Shown piece after piece: positions 40,861-51,181 of a stretch of DNA of 64,000 bases. The stretch is from an uncultured Peptococcaceae bacterium (GTDB taxonomy: Bacteria; Bacillota; Dehalobacteriia; UBA4068; UBA4997), in assembly GCA_964569265.1 (NCBI GenBank), contig CAZMTO010000006.1, positions 2,366 through 66,365 of the forward strand. The letters run 5' to 3'. The notes under the pieces were generated by a model. It was not told where the DNA came from. It searched no databases and was given only the letters and a program-made list of their open reading frames with translations. Both the position numbers and the translations under genes were made by a program. The first letter of the stretch is position 1, and every line of letters starts with the position of its first letter.

Positions 40861-41670
40861 GTGGATAATCTGTTTTTAGAAGCCAAAGCTACCGAGCTGA
40901 GACGTGAGATTATTAAGATGATCACTGCTGCCGGCTCCGGTCATCCCGGCGGTTCACTTTCTGCTGCCGACATTTTAACGGTTCTTTACTTTGACAAAAT
41001 GAATATTAAGCCGGAAGAACCCAAGTGGCCCGGCCGCGACTATTTTGTACTTTCTAAGGGGCACGCTGCCCCGGCACTTTATGCAGCACTGGCGTTAAGG
41101 GGCTTCTTCCCCACTGAACAGCTTGCCACCCTGCGTAAACTGCACAGCCCGCTGCAAGGCCACCCGGTAAGCACCAAGGTGCCCGGTGTCGATGTTTCTA
41201 CTGGCTCGTTAGGGCAGGGTATAAGCGTTGCCTGCGGCATTGCCAAAGGGCTTAAAATAGACGGCGCACCCAACCACGTTTATGCTCTGCTGGGCGACGG
41301 TGAATGTCAGGAGGGCGAAGTTTGGGAGGCACTGATGTTTGCTGCCCACTACAAGCTGGATAATTTAACGGTTATTATTGACCGCAACCGTCTGCAAATA
41401 GACGGCCCGGTAGACGAAGTTATGGCAACGTCGCCGTTAGATAAAAAGCTGGATGCCTTTGGTTTTAATGTGTTGATGACCAACGGCCACAATGTAGAAA
41501 GTATCGGCCGCGCTATTGACACCGCCAAGGCAGAAAAAGGCCGCCCCACGGCTATTATTGCCAACACCGTAAAGGGCCGCGGCGTATCGTTTATGGAAAA
41601 CCAGGTAGGCTGGCACGGCACCGCACCCAAGCCGGAAGAATGTGAGCAGGCACTTGCCGAATTAAGCTAA
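40861..41670 (+). CDS. Transketolase N-terminal (TPP-binding) subunit
   Basis: GHPGGSLS, LSKGH, TGSLGQG, GDGECQEG. Confidence 0.95.
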   Translation: MDNLFLEAKATELRREIIKMITAAGSGHPGGSLSAADILTVLYFDKMNIKPEEPKWPGRDYFVLSKGHAAPALYAALALRGFFPTEQLATLRKLHSPLQGHPVSTKVPGVDVSTGSLGQGISVACGIAKGLKIDGAPNHVYALLGDGECQEGEVWEALMFAAHYKLDNLTVIIDRNRLQIDGPVDEVMATSPLDKKLDAFGFNVLMTNGHNVESIGRAIDTAKAEKGRPTAIIANTVKGRGVSFMENQVGWHGTAPKPEECEQALAELS

Positions 41671-41683
41671 GGAGGGCGTAAAA

Positions 41684-42622
41684 ATGAGTAATAAAATTGC
41701 AACCCGCGACGCCTACGGCAAAACATTGGCCGAACTGGCGCAAACAGATAAAAACCTTGTAGTATTAGATGCTGACCTGGCAAAATCTACCAAAACAGCC
41801 GATTTTGCCAAGGTTTGCCCCGAACGCTTTGTAGACGTGGGCATTGCCGAACAAAATATGGTAGCGGTTGCCGCCGGTATGGCCACCTTGGGCAAGCACG
41901 TTTTTTGCAGTAGCTTTGCTATTTTTGCTGTTGGCCGTGCCTTTGAACAGGTACGCAACGCCGTAGCCTACCCGCAACTGCCCGTAACCGTTGCTGCCAC
42001 CCACGCCGGCATAACCGTTGGCGAAGACGGTGCAACACATCAGGCGGTAGAAGATATTTCGCTGATGCGCTCGGTGCCCGGTATGACGGTAATTGTTCCC
42101 GCCGATGCCACCGAAACCGCACAGGCTGTACGCGCTCTGGCCGAATATGACAAGCCTGCGTATCTGCGCCTTGGCCGCCTGGCGGTAGAAAGTGTTATGC
42201 CCGATGATTACCAGTTTGAAATCGGCAAAGGCTGCCAACTGCGCAGCGGCAACGATGCGGTTATTTTTGCCTGCGGCCTTATGGTGCAGGAAGCCCTTGC
42301 GGCTGCCGATCTGCTGGCTGCCGAAGGCATAAACGTAAGCGTAGCCAACATTGCCACCATTAAACCCTTAGATACCGAGCTTATCTGCCGCCTGGCCAAA
42401 CAAACCGGTGCCGTGGTTACTGTAGAAGAACACAGCATTAACGGCGGCTTAGGCAGTGCAGTTGCCGAAGCGCTGGCGGAAAACTGCCCCACCCCGCTTA
42501 TCCGTGTCGGTATGCCCGACAGCTTTGGTCAGTCTGGCAAACCCGCCGAACTGCTGGCCGAATATGGTCTTACGGCGGCAGACATTGCCGAAAAAGTAAA
42601 GGCCGTTATTACCCGCAAATAA
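41684..42622 (+). CDS. Transketolase C-terminal subunit
   Basis: GIAEQNM, GEDGATHQ, EEHS..GGLGSAV. Confidence 0.95.
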   Translation: MSNKIATRDAYGKTLAELAQTDKNLVVLDADLAKSTKTADFAKVCPERFVDVGIAEQNMVAVAAGMATLGKHVFCSSFAIFAVGRAFEQVRNAVAYPQLPVTVAATHAGITVGEDGATHQAVEDISLMRSVPGMTVIVPADATETAQAVRALAEYDKPAYLRLGRLAVESVMPDDYQFEIGKGCQLRSGNDAVIFACGLMVQEALAAADLLAAEGINVSVANIATIKPLDTELICRLAKQTGAVVTVEEHSINGGLGSAVAEALAENCPTPLIRVGMPDSFGQSGKPAELLAEYGLTAADIAEKVKAVITRK

Positions 42623-42637
42623 CCCTATTTAAATACC

Positions 42638-42670
42638 AAAAAGAGCCTGTGCAGAACAGGCTCTTTTTTT
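42638..42670. terminator. Bidirectional terminator between transketolase and asnB
   Basis: AAAAAGAGCCTGT-GCAGA-ACAGGCTCTTTTTTT. Confidence 0.88.
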
Positions 42671-42677
42671 GTGGCAA

Positions 42678-44516
42678 TTACCCCACAAACTGTACGTTAT
42701 ATTTTTTAAGCCAGTAATTTACCTGCAAAAAATAGGCTATGGTTTGCGGCGTTAACATAAGCTGCCCATACCACGGGGTTTGCATATTGCTGTTTAGCAG
42801 GCTCTCTAAGGTATCGCGCCGGCAAAATTCCAGCAGCGGGGCATCTGGGTCATCTAACAGCCTGCGCAGCTCTGCCGACACCGCCGCCAAATATACCGGG
42901 TTATGCGTTTTGGGATAGGGACTTTTTTTGCGCCACAACACCTCGTCCGGCAGCCAACCGCGCATAGCCTCGCGCAGCAGGCCTTTTTCCTGCCCCTGCC
43001 AATCCTTAAACGCCCACGGCAGGGCATAAGCAAATTCCGCAATGCGCCAATCGCAAAACGGCACCCGCACCTCCAGCCCGCTATACATACTCATTCTGTC
43101 CTTGCGGTCTAACAGGGTTTGCATAAACCAGTTGATATTAAGGGCCATCATCTCCTTAACACGCCGATTTTCGCCACTAACCTCCGGCAAAATATCCGCC
43201 GCCGCCACGGTATCCCTATACGCGCTGTCAATATAAGCTGCTCCGTCAATCTGCCGCGCCAGCTCTGGCCGCAAAAATTCTGCTCGCCATGCCGTAGACT
43301 GCGCCCACGGAAAACCCTGCTTCGCCCGTATCTCCGGATCTCGATACCACGGATAGCCGCCGAAAATTTCGTCCGCACATTCGCCGGAAATGGCAACCGT
43401 TACATCTTTTTTAATCTCCTGACAAAACAGCAACAGCGACGCATCAACGTCCGCCATACCCGGCAGGTCACGCGCATCCACCGCCGCAAAAAGTGCCGGC
43501 ACCAAATCCCGGCTGTTTAACACCACCAAATGGTTTTCGGCATTAAGATATTCATTCATACGCCTTATATACGTCTCGTCAGAATTTGGCTGAAACTTGC
43601 TGGCCTTAAAAAACTTCTCGTTATCGCGGTACGTCACCGAAAATGTTTGCAGCTTTTGGCCACGCTCGGTATAATATTTATCCGCCACCGCCGCTATCAG
43701 GCTGCTGTCTAATCCCCCCGACAAAAAGCAGCCCAGCGGCACATCGCTTACCAACTGCCGCTCTATCGCATCGCGCACCAAAACAGCCAACTGCTCGGCC
43801 GCCTCGGCAAAGCTAAGGTTTAAATTTCTGTCCCGCAGCCGCCAATATGCTTCATCGTGCCAGCCACAGGCGTCATAACGCGCCCAATGCGCCGCTTTAA
43901 GCTCCTGCACCCCCTTAAACACGCCGCAGCCCGGCGTCCGCCCCGGCCCCATAAAAAACAGCTCCGCCACGCCGGTGCAATCTATTTGCGGCACAACCGC
44001 CGGGTGGGCCAGCAGCGCCTTTATCTCCGACGCAAACAGCAAACCACCCTTTACCTGCGCATAAAACAGCGGCTTTACTCCAAAGCGGTCACGCGCCAAA
44101 AACAAACTGCCCTGCGCAGCATCCCAAACGGCAAACGCAAAAATACCGTTAAACTTTGCCGGTGCCGCCGCACCCCACTGCGCATAAGCGTGCAGCACCA
44201 CCTCCGTATCAGAATGACCGACAAAATTATGCCCCGCCGCCAACAGCTCGCGCCGCAGCTCGTCGGTGTTATAAAGCTCGCCGTTATAAACCAGCGTAAA
44301 CTGCTGCCCCTGCCAATCAAGCTGCATAGGCTGCCTGCCGCCCTCAATATCAACCACCGCCAGCCGCCTATGCACCAGCCCAGCGTGAGCATCCCACCAA
44401 AGCCCCTGCTGGTCGGGGCCGCGGTTTGTCAGCGCCGCCTGCATTGCCTGCCACACCGGCAGCCGCTGTTCTGTAAAATTTTGCTGTAAATTTATTTCTC
44501 CGGCAATACCGCACAT
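42678..44516 (-). CDS. asnB: Asparagine synthase (glutamine-hydrolysing)
   Basis: MCGIAG, HRRL, YNGELYN, SDTEV, LSGGLDSS, SGECADE. Confidence 0.95.
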   Translation of the reverse strand: MCGIAGEINLQQNFTEQRLPVWQAMQAALTNRGPDQQGLWWDAHAGLVHRRLAVVDIEGGRQPMQLDWQGQQFTLVYNGELYNTDELRRELLAAGHNFVGHSDTEVVLHAYAQWGAAAPAKFNGIFAFAVWDAAQGSLFLARDRFGVKPLFYAQVKGGLLFASEIKALLAHPAVVPQIDCTGVAELFFMGPGRTPGCGVFKGVQELKAAHWARYDACGWHDEAYWRLRDRNLNLSFAEAAEQLAVLVRDAIERQLVSDVPLGCFLSGGLDSSLIAAVADKYYTERGQKLQTFSVTYRDNEKFFKASKFQPNSDETYIRRMNEYLNAENHLVVLNSRDLVPALFAAVDARDLPGMADVDASLLLFCQEIKKDVTVAISGECADEIFGGYPWYRDPEIRAKQGFPWAQSTAWRAEFLRPELARQIDGAAYIDSAYRDTVAAADILPEVSGENRRVKEMMALNINWFMQTLLDRKDRMSMYSGLEVRVPFCDWRIAEFAYALPWAFKDWQGQEKGLLREAMRGWLPDEVLWRKKSPYPKTHNPVYLAAVSAELRRLLDDPDAPLLEFCRRDTLESLLNSNMQTPWYGQLMLTPQTIAYFLQVNYWLKKYNVQFVG

Positions 44517-44640
44517 TTTGCAACACCTCATCAAAATTCTTCGGTTTAGCATTTTAATATATGCTTATTTTGCCGATAATAGCACAAAAAAAAGCGACAC
44601 ACCGCAGGGGTGCATCGCTAAAAATTTTAATTATGTAACA

Positions 44641-45642
44641 CTAAACCGTCTGACGAGCCTCGCTGCCTTCTCGCACAGTGCCGGGCGCATATTGCCGCAG
44701 CATACCCACAAACACAGCCACCAGCTCCGGGTCTAAAGCCGTGCCGGCATACATTTGCAGCATATCCAGTGCATCTTCGGTAGATAAACGCCACGCACCA
44801 TAAGGCTTGGTAAACGCATTATATACCCACGCCAGCGCAAATATACGGCTGCCCAGGGGTATATCTAACCCGGACAAGCCCAAAATACCGCTGCCGTCCC
44901 ATTTTTCATGGTGGGTTAAAATAAGCTTGCTGGCCGGGGCCAATTCGGGTATCTCTTTGGCCATTGCCGCACCCAAATGCACGTGATTTTCATCATCGGC
45001 ACCGTCGGCAAAACGCCCAATATCGTGCCCATAGCATAACGCCCTTATAGCAGAAAGCTCATTAACGTCTAATTTAAGCACGCTGCCCAGCTTGCCGCAA
45101 TACTGCCACAGCAACTGCGCTTCGCTGCGCTTTACCGCATCAAAACGCTCGTTCAGAACATCCAAACCTTCGGTCGGCTTGCTCGGTGCCACCGGGGCAA
45201 CCTTGCTGCGGCTTCTGCTTTGGTTAAAATGCTTACGAATATGCGCCGTAAAATAAATAGGCCGGTTGGCAACATCTACCTGCGGGTTTTTGCTGATACT
45301 TTCTACATAGCTTATACCGCGCAGGGTATCATCACCGCTAAAGCTGCTGTTGGCACTTTCCGCCAGATATTCATCATCGGTAAAAAGTTCGTCGGCCTTA
45401 AAATCTGCCAGCAAATCCTGCGCCCGCCCACCGGTAGCCTTGTAGCCGGAATACACACCTGCAAGCAAGCACACCAAAACCACCAGCAGGCGCACCGCTA
45501 ATCTAAGCACCGAAACCCCGGTAAACAAAGCACCGCTGATGGAAACACTGGGCATACCAACCGCAAAAATAATGCTGTCTATTACCCAAAACATTGCACC
45601 AATCAATACACTCGTCACAATTGGAGAAATGTATTTTGCCAT
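44641..45642 (-). CDS. Membrane protein with a degenerate HD-GYP-like domain
   Basis: Two N-terminal TM segments; HDIG, HHEKWDGSG, IPLGSRI and DPELV present, but GYP and the D..DA metal ligands are altered. Confidence 0.75.
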   Translation of the reverse strand: MAKYISPIVTSVLIGAMFWVIDSIIFAVGMPSVSISGALFTGVSVLRLAVRLLVVLVCLLAGVYSGYKATGGRAQDLLADFKADELFTDDEYLAESANSSFSGDDTLRGISYVESISKNPQVDVANRPIYFTAHIRKHFNQSRSRSKVAPVAPSKPTEGLDVLNERFDAVKRSEAQLLWQYCGKLGSVLKLDVNELSAIRALCYGHDIGRFADGADDENHVHLGAAMAKEIPELAPASKLILTHHEKWDGSGILGLSGLDIPLGSRIFALAWVYNAFTKPYGAWRLSTEDALDMLQMYAGTALDPELVAVFVGMLRQYAPGTVREGSEARQTV

Positions 45643-45932
45643 TTCTATACCTCCAACTATATACTGCTATAATTCTACCATATTTGCAGCAAATTTTCAA
45701 CCCGCCTGCAATATTTAGTAAAAATTTTAATATGCCGCCTGCCCGCCCGCAACTTGGCACCGGTTTGCCATACAAACGGCTTTATGGCGGCCAAACAGCA
45801 CCCCTGCCACCACCGGGGCGCTGTTTAAGCGGCCATATGCCCAACAATTTACCACCAACAAAAAAAGCAGCCGCGGCAAGGCTCGCAACTGCTTTAAAAA
45901 TTTTTTGTAAAATTTTTTATTTTTTTACCGGC

Positions 45933-46967
45933 TTATTTAAGCACATACACACGCACGGTGCGCACGCCCCAGTTAAGACATTCTTTTTCACTGTCAAAAA
46001 ACAAGTCTATACGGTTGCCTTTAATAGCGCCGCCGGTATCCTCAGCCCGACAATAGCCGTAACCGTCAACATACAATTTGCTGCCCAGCGGTATCACCGA
46101 AGGATCTACCGCCACCGTTACCCCGGCTTTGGGCTTGGTGCCGCTGGCGGTGTTATTGCCGGTGTGCGTATAAGCGCTGGCACGCACGGCATAAGCTTTG
46201 GTGTATTCGTAGGTTTTGCCGCCGCGGCTTATTACCCGGCGCGTACCCACGGCCAAAATTTCGTTTACGGGCTGTGTGGTTACGGCACGGCTAAGCTCCT
46301 GCTTGTTTATGGCCACACCGTCTTTGTAGGTTACCAGGTTGGTTATGGTCTTTTCTCCGGCCTGCCCCACCTGAAGCACCTTGCTTTGCCCCACATTCAT
46401 ACCGGCATCTTCCTTGCGCTCGGTTTTGTAGGCCACCTTTTCTTTAGTCTGCGTGGTGCGGTAGGTTATGCGGTTAATAACTATGGCATCGCCATCGGCC
46501 AAAATATGGTCTTTAGCAGGGCTTACCCAATCATAATCACCCACCTGCACATTATTAGCCGCCAAAAAATCACCCACGGTTTGCGGCTGTGTCGGGTACG
46601 ATGCTGTAGTAAAATCGGCAGTTACCGGCACATTAAACGCGCGCTTTATAACCACACTGGCGCCGTCATCAACCTCGGCATCAAGGGCAGGCTCCACCTC
46701 GTCAAGCTCGGCCAGCACAATGTTCTGCTGCTCCAAAAGGTCGGCCACGGTGTTAGCGCGGGTAGCCACCACAACGCTGCTGCCGCCGTCAATCAGCGTA
46801 ACCTGCTTTTCCATCATCACATAGGCAAATGCCGACACCGACACTAACAGCACCGCCAGCACGCTCAACAGCACCTTGCCGTAAAACGTACGCGGATCTA
46901 ATATGCTGCGGCCCACGCGCTTTTGGCCGTGGCTGCCTATATGTGCCGCGCCGTTGTTATCCTGCAA
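45933..46967 (-). CDS. yabE: YabE/RpfB-like protein (DUF348, G5 and 3D domains); start uncertain
   Basis: TM anchor, DUF348 repeats (TVADLL), G5 domain, 3D motif AVDPSVIPLGS..AEDTGGAIKGNRIDLF; syntenic with tatD. Confidence 0.9.
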   Translation of the reverse strand: MQDNNGAAHIGSHGQKRVGRSILDPRTFYGKVLLSVLAVLLVSVSAFAYVMMEKQVTLIDGGSSVVVATRANTVADLLEQQNIVLAELDEVEPALDAEVDDGASVVIKRAFNVPVTADFTTASYPTQPQTVGDFLAANNVQVGDYDWVSPAKDHILADGDAIVINRITYRTTQTKEKVAYKTERKEDAGMNVGQSKVLQVGQAGEKTITNLVTYKDGVAINKQELSRAVTTQPVNEILAVGTRRVISRGGKTYEYTKAYAVRASAYTHTGNNTASGTKPKAGVTVAVDPSVIPLGSKLYVDGYGYCRAEDTGGAIKGNRIDLFFDSEKECLNWGVRTVRVYVLK

Positions 46968-47127
46968 TGCTATAACATTCGCCTCCTTTGCGCTAAAATT
47001 TCTGCTTTACAACGTTTTATGACGTTTTGCCGGCCGGGGGCATAGCTCCCCACATTTGGCAAAAATCGGCGGGTGTATTTTGCAGATTTTACCACCCGCA
47101 CGCCAAAAACCCGGTTTCTATACCACC

Positions 47128-47156
47128 ATTTTACCCTATAAACGGCATTTTGTCAA
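47128..47156 (-). promoter_or_regulatory. Sigma-A promoter for yabE
   Basis: Minus strand TTGACA-N17-TAAAAT. Confidence 0.75.
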
Positions 47157-47310
47157 ATATGCGCCCCACCGGCGGCAAAACCTATGCTAAAGTATACGCC
47201 AAAAATTGGCTTATATACCCATAAGCACCAAATTTTTACTGATTAAAAACAACAAAAAACCGGGCGCCGGCAAATTTGCCGCATACCCGGTTATATATTT
47301 AATTTTGCGC

Positions 47311-48090
47311 CTATACGCCAAAAAACCGGCACGCATTAGCGGTGGTTGCCTCGGCTACTTCTTCTACGCTTATGCCGCGCAAAGCCGCAATTTTTTCGGC
47401 CACATAAAACACGTTGGCAGGCTCGTTGGTTTTGCCGCGCTTAGGCTCCGGAGAAAGATACGGGCTGTCGGTTTCAATAAGCAATCTGTCTAAGGGGCAG
47501 TTTTTTACAACCTCCGGCAGGGCTTTTGCATTTTTATACGTTACCGGCCCGGCAATGGATATATAAAAGTTGCGGCGCAAAGCTTCTTTGGCAAGCTCCC
47601 AGCTACCGGAAAAACAGTGCATTATGCCGCCGTTTTGCCCGGCGTTTTCTTCACGCACAATATTAAACAAATCGCCGTGCGCATCTCTGTCGTGTATGAT
47701 TATCGGCTTGTGTAGCTGTTTGGCCAAATCAATTTGCCGCACAAACCACCGGCGCTGCACATCGCGGGGCGTTTCGTCCCAAAAATAATCCAGCCCTATT
47801 TCACCGATCGCCCTAACCCTGGGGGCTTCCGCCAGTTCCGCCAGCTCGGCAAAAACAGCCTCGTCAAGCTCCTTACTGTCCGACGGATGATACCCCACCG
47901 CCGCTACAAGCTGCGGGTATTTTTCGGCCAAATGCACCGCATAAACCGAATCTCTAAGGTTGCAGCCGATAACCGCCATATGCATAACACCGGCCGCCGC
48001 CGCCCGCTCTAACACCGCATCAATTTCTACCGCCAGTTTACGGTCATTAAGGTGGCAGTGAGAATCGAACAGCGTTAATTTATTAAGCAT
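47311..48090 (-). CDS. tatD: TatD family hydrolase
   Basis: DSHCHL, GEIGLDY, IHDRDA, HCFSG, ETDSPYL. Confidence 0.96.
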   Translation of the reverse strand: MLNKLTLFDSHCHLNDRKLAVEIDAVLERAAAAGVMHMAVIGCNLRDSVYAVHLAEKYPQLVAAVGYHPSDSKELDEAVFAELAELAEAPRVRAIGEIGLDYFWDETPRDVQRRWFVRQIDLAKQLHKPIIIHDRDAHGDLFNIVREENAGQNGGIMHCFSGSWELAKEALRRNFYISIAGPVTYKNAKALPEVVKNCPLDRLLIETDSPYLSPEPKRGKTNEPANVFYVAEKIAALRGISVEEVAEATTANACRFFGV

Positions 48091-48132
48091 AATTATACCT
48101 CTTTTTTGTATAATAATTTTTACTGCCGCGCC

Positions 48133-50079
48133 CTATCTGACAGTAGCACCGGCAAACATTTCACACGGGGCCTCTACCACTTTAAGGGTATCGCCGTCGC
48201 TTACAGCCAAAATCATCCCGCGGGATTCTACACCGCGCAGCACAGCCGGCGCCAAATTAGCCACCAAAATCAGCTTTTTGCCCACCATTTCTTCCGGCCG
48301 GTAATGTTCGGCAATACCGCTTACCACCGTGCGTTCTTCACCGCAAACTTCTACCGTAAGCTTTAACAGGCGCGCTGCCTTTTTAATTTTTTCGCAGGCC
48401 AAAACCTTGCAAACACGCAGGTCTACCTTGGCAAAATCGTCGATGGTAATTTCCGGCTTCAGCGGCTCAAATTCCTTTTTAGGCTCCTCGGCCACCGGTT
48501 CAGGCTCTGACTCCGGCTCAGGTTCGGCTTCTACCACTGTCGACATATCAATGCGCGGGAAGATAGCCTCGCCGCGGTTAATTTTCGTCCCCGCCGGGAA
48601 GCCGCCCCAGCCCAAAGCCGTCCAGTCACTGCCGGCAGTTGCCGCCGTAAGCCCCAACTGCGCCCACACACGTTCGGCCACATTAGGCATAACCGGGTTT
48701 ATCAAAATAGTCACCTGACGCAAAACCTCGGCCAAATTGTACATAACGGTTTTCAGCTTTTCGGTCTCGCCGTTTTTGTTCAGCTCCCACGGTGCCGTTT
48801 CGTCAACATACTTGTTGGCGCGGGCAACCAGCTTCCAAACCTCCGACACAGCGTTGGCAATGTCCATTTTATCCATATATTTAGCCATATTTTGCGGCGT
48901 AGCTTTACAAAGCTCTATCAGCTCGGCATCAAAATCGGTGCCTTCGATACCGGGTTCAATAACACCGCCCAAAAATTTGGTTACCATAGCCGTAACACGA
49001 GAAAGCAAGTTGCCGTAATCGTTGGCAAGGTCGGTGTTTATGCACTGACACAAGGCAGGCTCGCTGTAGGTTGCATCCATACCGTAGGCCATTTCTCGCA
49101 GCAAAAAGAAGCGTATTGCATCGACACCGTATTTTTCGGCCAGCACCACAGGGTCTACTACGTTGCCCTTAGATTTGCTCATCTTGCCGTCCTGCATAAG
49201 CAGCCAGCCGTGAGCTACAGCTTTTTTGGGCAGCTCAATACCGGCGGCCATCAAAATAATCGGCCAGATAATAGCGTGAAAGCGTATAATGTCTTTACCC
49301 ACCAAATGAATATCTGCCGGCCAATATTTTTTAAACAGGCTATCATCATCAGTGCCATAACCCAAAGCAGAAATATAGTTAAGCAGGGCATCAAACCACA
49401 CATAAACCACGTGTTTGGTATCAAACGGCACCTTAATGCCCCAATCAAAGGTAGTACGCGATACACAGAGATCCTCTAACCCCTGCTTTACAAAGCTTAC
49501 CATCTCGTTGCGGCGGGTTTCGGGCTGAATAAAGTCCGGGTTTTCTTCAATAAATTGCAGCCAGCGGTCTGCATATTTACTCATCTTAAAAAAGTAGCTT
49601 TCCTCGTGTGCCACCTGCACCGGGCGGCCGCAATCCGGGCAAATATGCCCTTCGTCCAACTGGTGTTCGGTAAAAAAGGTTTCGCAGGGGGTGCAATACC
49701 AGCCCTCGTATTCCGACTTATAAATATCGCCCTGATCATACAGCTTTTGAATAATTGCCTGCACTACCTTTTCGTGGCGCTCATCAGTGGTGCGGATAAA
49801 ATCATCATAGTCAATATCCAGCAACTGCCACAGGCTTTTAATGCCGGCCACAATACCGTCAACAAATTCCTTGGGCTGCATACCGGCAGCTTCGGCTCTC
49901 TGCTGAATTTTAAGCCCGTGTTCATCGGTACCGGTCAAAAAATAGGCGTCATATCCCCGCTGCTGCTTATAACGCTTCATCGCGTCGGCTGCCACGGTGG
50001 TGTATGCGTGGCCAATGTGCAGCTTGTCGCTGGGATAGTAAATAGGTGTGGTAATATAAAAGCTTGGTTTTGTAGTCAT
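48133..50079 (-). CDS. metG: Methionine-tRNA ligase
   Basis: YITTPIYY, HIGH, KMSKS, C-terminal tRNA-binding OB domain. Confidence 0.98.
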   Translation of the reverse strand: MTTKPSFYITTPIYYPSDKLHIGHAYTTVAADAMKRYKQQRGYDAYFLTGTDEHGLKIQQRAEAAGMQPKEFVDGIVAGIKSLWQLLDIDYDDFIRTTDERHEKVVQAIIQKLYDQGDIYKSEYEGWYCTPCETFFTEHQLDEGHICPDCGRPVQVAHEESYFFKMSKYADRWLQFIEENPDFIQPETRRNEMVSFVKQGLEDLCVSRTTFDWGIKVPFDTKHVVYVWFDALLNYISALGYGTDDDSLFKKYWPADIHLVGKDIIRFHAIIWPIILMAAGIELPKKAVAHGWLLMQDGKMSKSKGNVVDPVVLAEKYGVDAIRFFLLREMAYGMDATYSEPALCQCINTDLANDYGNLLSRVTAMVTKFLGGVIEPGIEGTDFDAELIELCKATPQNMAKYMDKMDIANAVSEVWKLVARANKYVDETAPWELNKNGETEKLKTVMYNLAEVLRQVTILINPVMPNVAERVWAQLGLTAATAGSDWTALGWGGFPAGTKINRGEAIFPRIDMSTVVEAEPEPESEPEPVAEEPKKEFEPLKPEITIDDFAKVDLRVCKVLACEKIKKAARLLKLTVEVCGEERTVVSGIAEHYRPEEMVGKKLILVANLAPAVLRGVESRGMILAVSDGDTLKVVEAPCEMFAGATVR

Positions 50080-50309
50080 CTCTACATCCTCCTGCATAAT
50101 TATTAGCAATTTTGTAATATTTTTACTTTTATAAAAAGCATTGATAACACCTTTGCCAAGCAGCAAACGGTTTTATCAACGGTTTTTATTTTGGGGTGCG
50201 GCAAACTGCCCGCCGCCCCCGTAAAAAGCCGCTCCCGCGGGCGCAAGGCTGACGCCCCGCATTAACTTGCCCCAACAGCGGCTTTTGGCAACACTCACCG
50301 CCGGTATGG

Positions 50310-51161
50310 TCACTTGTGCGCTTTTAAGCTCAGCCCAAGGTCATAAACTTCTCCCACCGGCAAACCATACTGCGCTGCCAGCTCTTTAGCAGCGGCCTTA
50401 TGCTTCATTCCACCGGCCATAAGGCGCGCCAAATGTGCCGCCACCTCGTCCATATCAACCGCCTGTGCCGCTTTAGGTTCGGCACCGGCCACCACCAGCA
50501 CAAATTCGCCCTTAGGCTCGCGCTCCTGCCAAAGCTCCGCCAGCTCGGCCAGTGTACCGCGCTGCACCTCCTGAAATTTTTTGGTCAGCTCACGACACAC
50601 GGCAATCCGTCGCTCACCGCCAAAGGCCGCCAGCAAATCCGCCAGGCTTTCCCGCAAGCGGTGGGGTGCTTCATAAAAAATCATAGTGCGTTCTTCATCT
50701 TTAAGCTTAGCCAGATAATCGGCACGCGCACTGCCACGGGCAATAAAGCCCTCAAACGCAAAACGCTCCGTCGGCAAACCGGATAACACCAGCGCCACTA
50801 TAGCCGCACAACAGCCGGGTATGGCATCAACCTCGTAGTTATGCTCCACTGCCGCCTTTAACAGCGCCGCACCGGGGTCACACACACCGGGTGTACCGGC
50901 ATCACTTATCAGGGCAATATCGTCACCGGCTGCCAAACGCGCCAGCAACGCTTCTTCCCGCTTGCCCTCTATCTCGCGGTAGTAGCTCATCATCGGCTTT
51001 TTTATGCCCAACCGAGAAAGCAGCAGCCCGCTGTGCCGGGTATCTTCGGCCGCTACCAAATCTGCCGCCGCCAAAACCTCTTGTGCCCGCGGCGAAATAT
51101 CGCCCATATTACCTATCGGCGTAGCCACCAAAGTAAGCCGCCCCTGCTTTTGTTCCGTCAT
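50310..51161 (-). CDS. rsmI: 16S rRNA C1402 2'-O-methyltransferase
   Basis: VATPIGN, AEDTR, SDAGTPG..DPG, RELTK. Confidence 0.96.
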   Translation of the reverse strand: MTEQKQGRLTLVATPIGNMGDISPRAQEVLAAADLVAAEDTRHSGLLLSRLGIKKPMMSYYREIEGKREEALLARLAAGDDIALISDAGTPGVCDPGAALLKAAVEHNYEVDAIPGCCAAIVALVLSGLPTERFAFEGFIARGSARADYLAKLKDEERTMIFYEAPHRLRESLADLLAAFGGERRIAVCRELTKKFQEVQRGTLAELAELWQEREPKGEFVLVVAGAEPKAAQAVDMDEVAAHLARLMAGGMKHKAAAKELAAQYGLPVGEVYDLGLSLKAHK

Positions 51162-51181
51162 CTGCTACACTCCCACGCTTT

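Noticed and set aside
50080-50310. T-box or SAM riboswitch upstream of metG
   Set aside because: No TGGNACC antiterminator bulge or SAM-I core was found.
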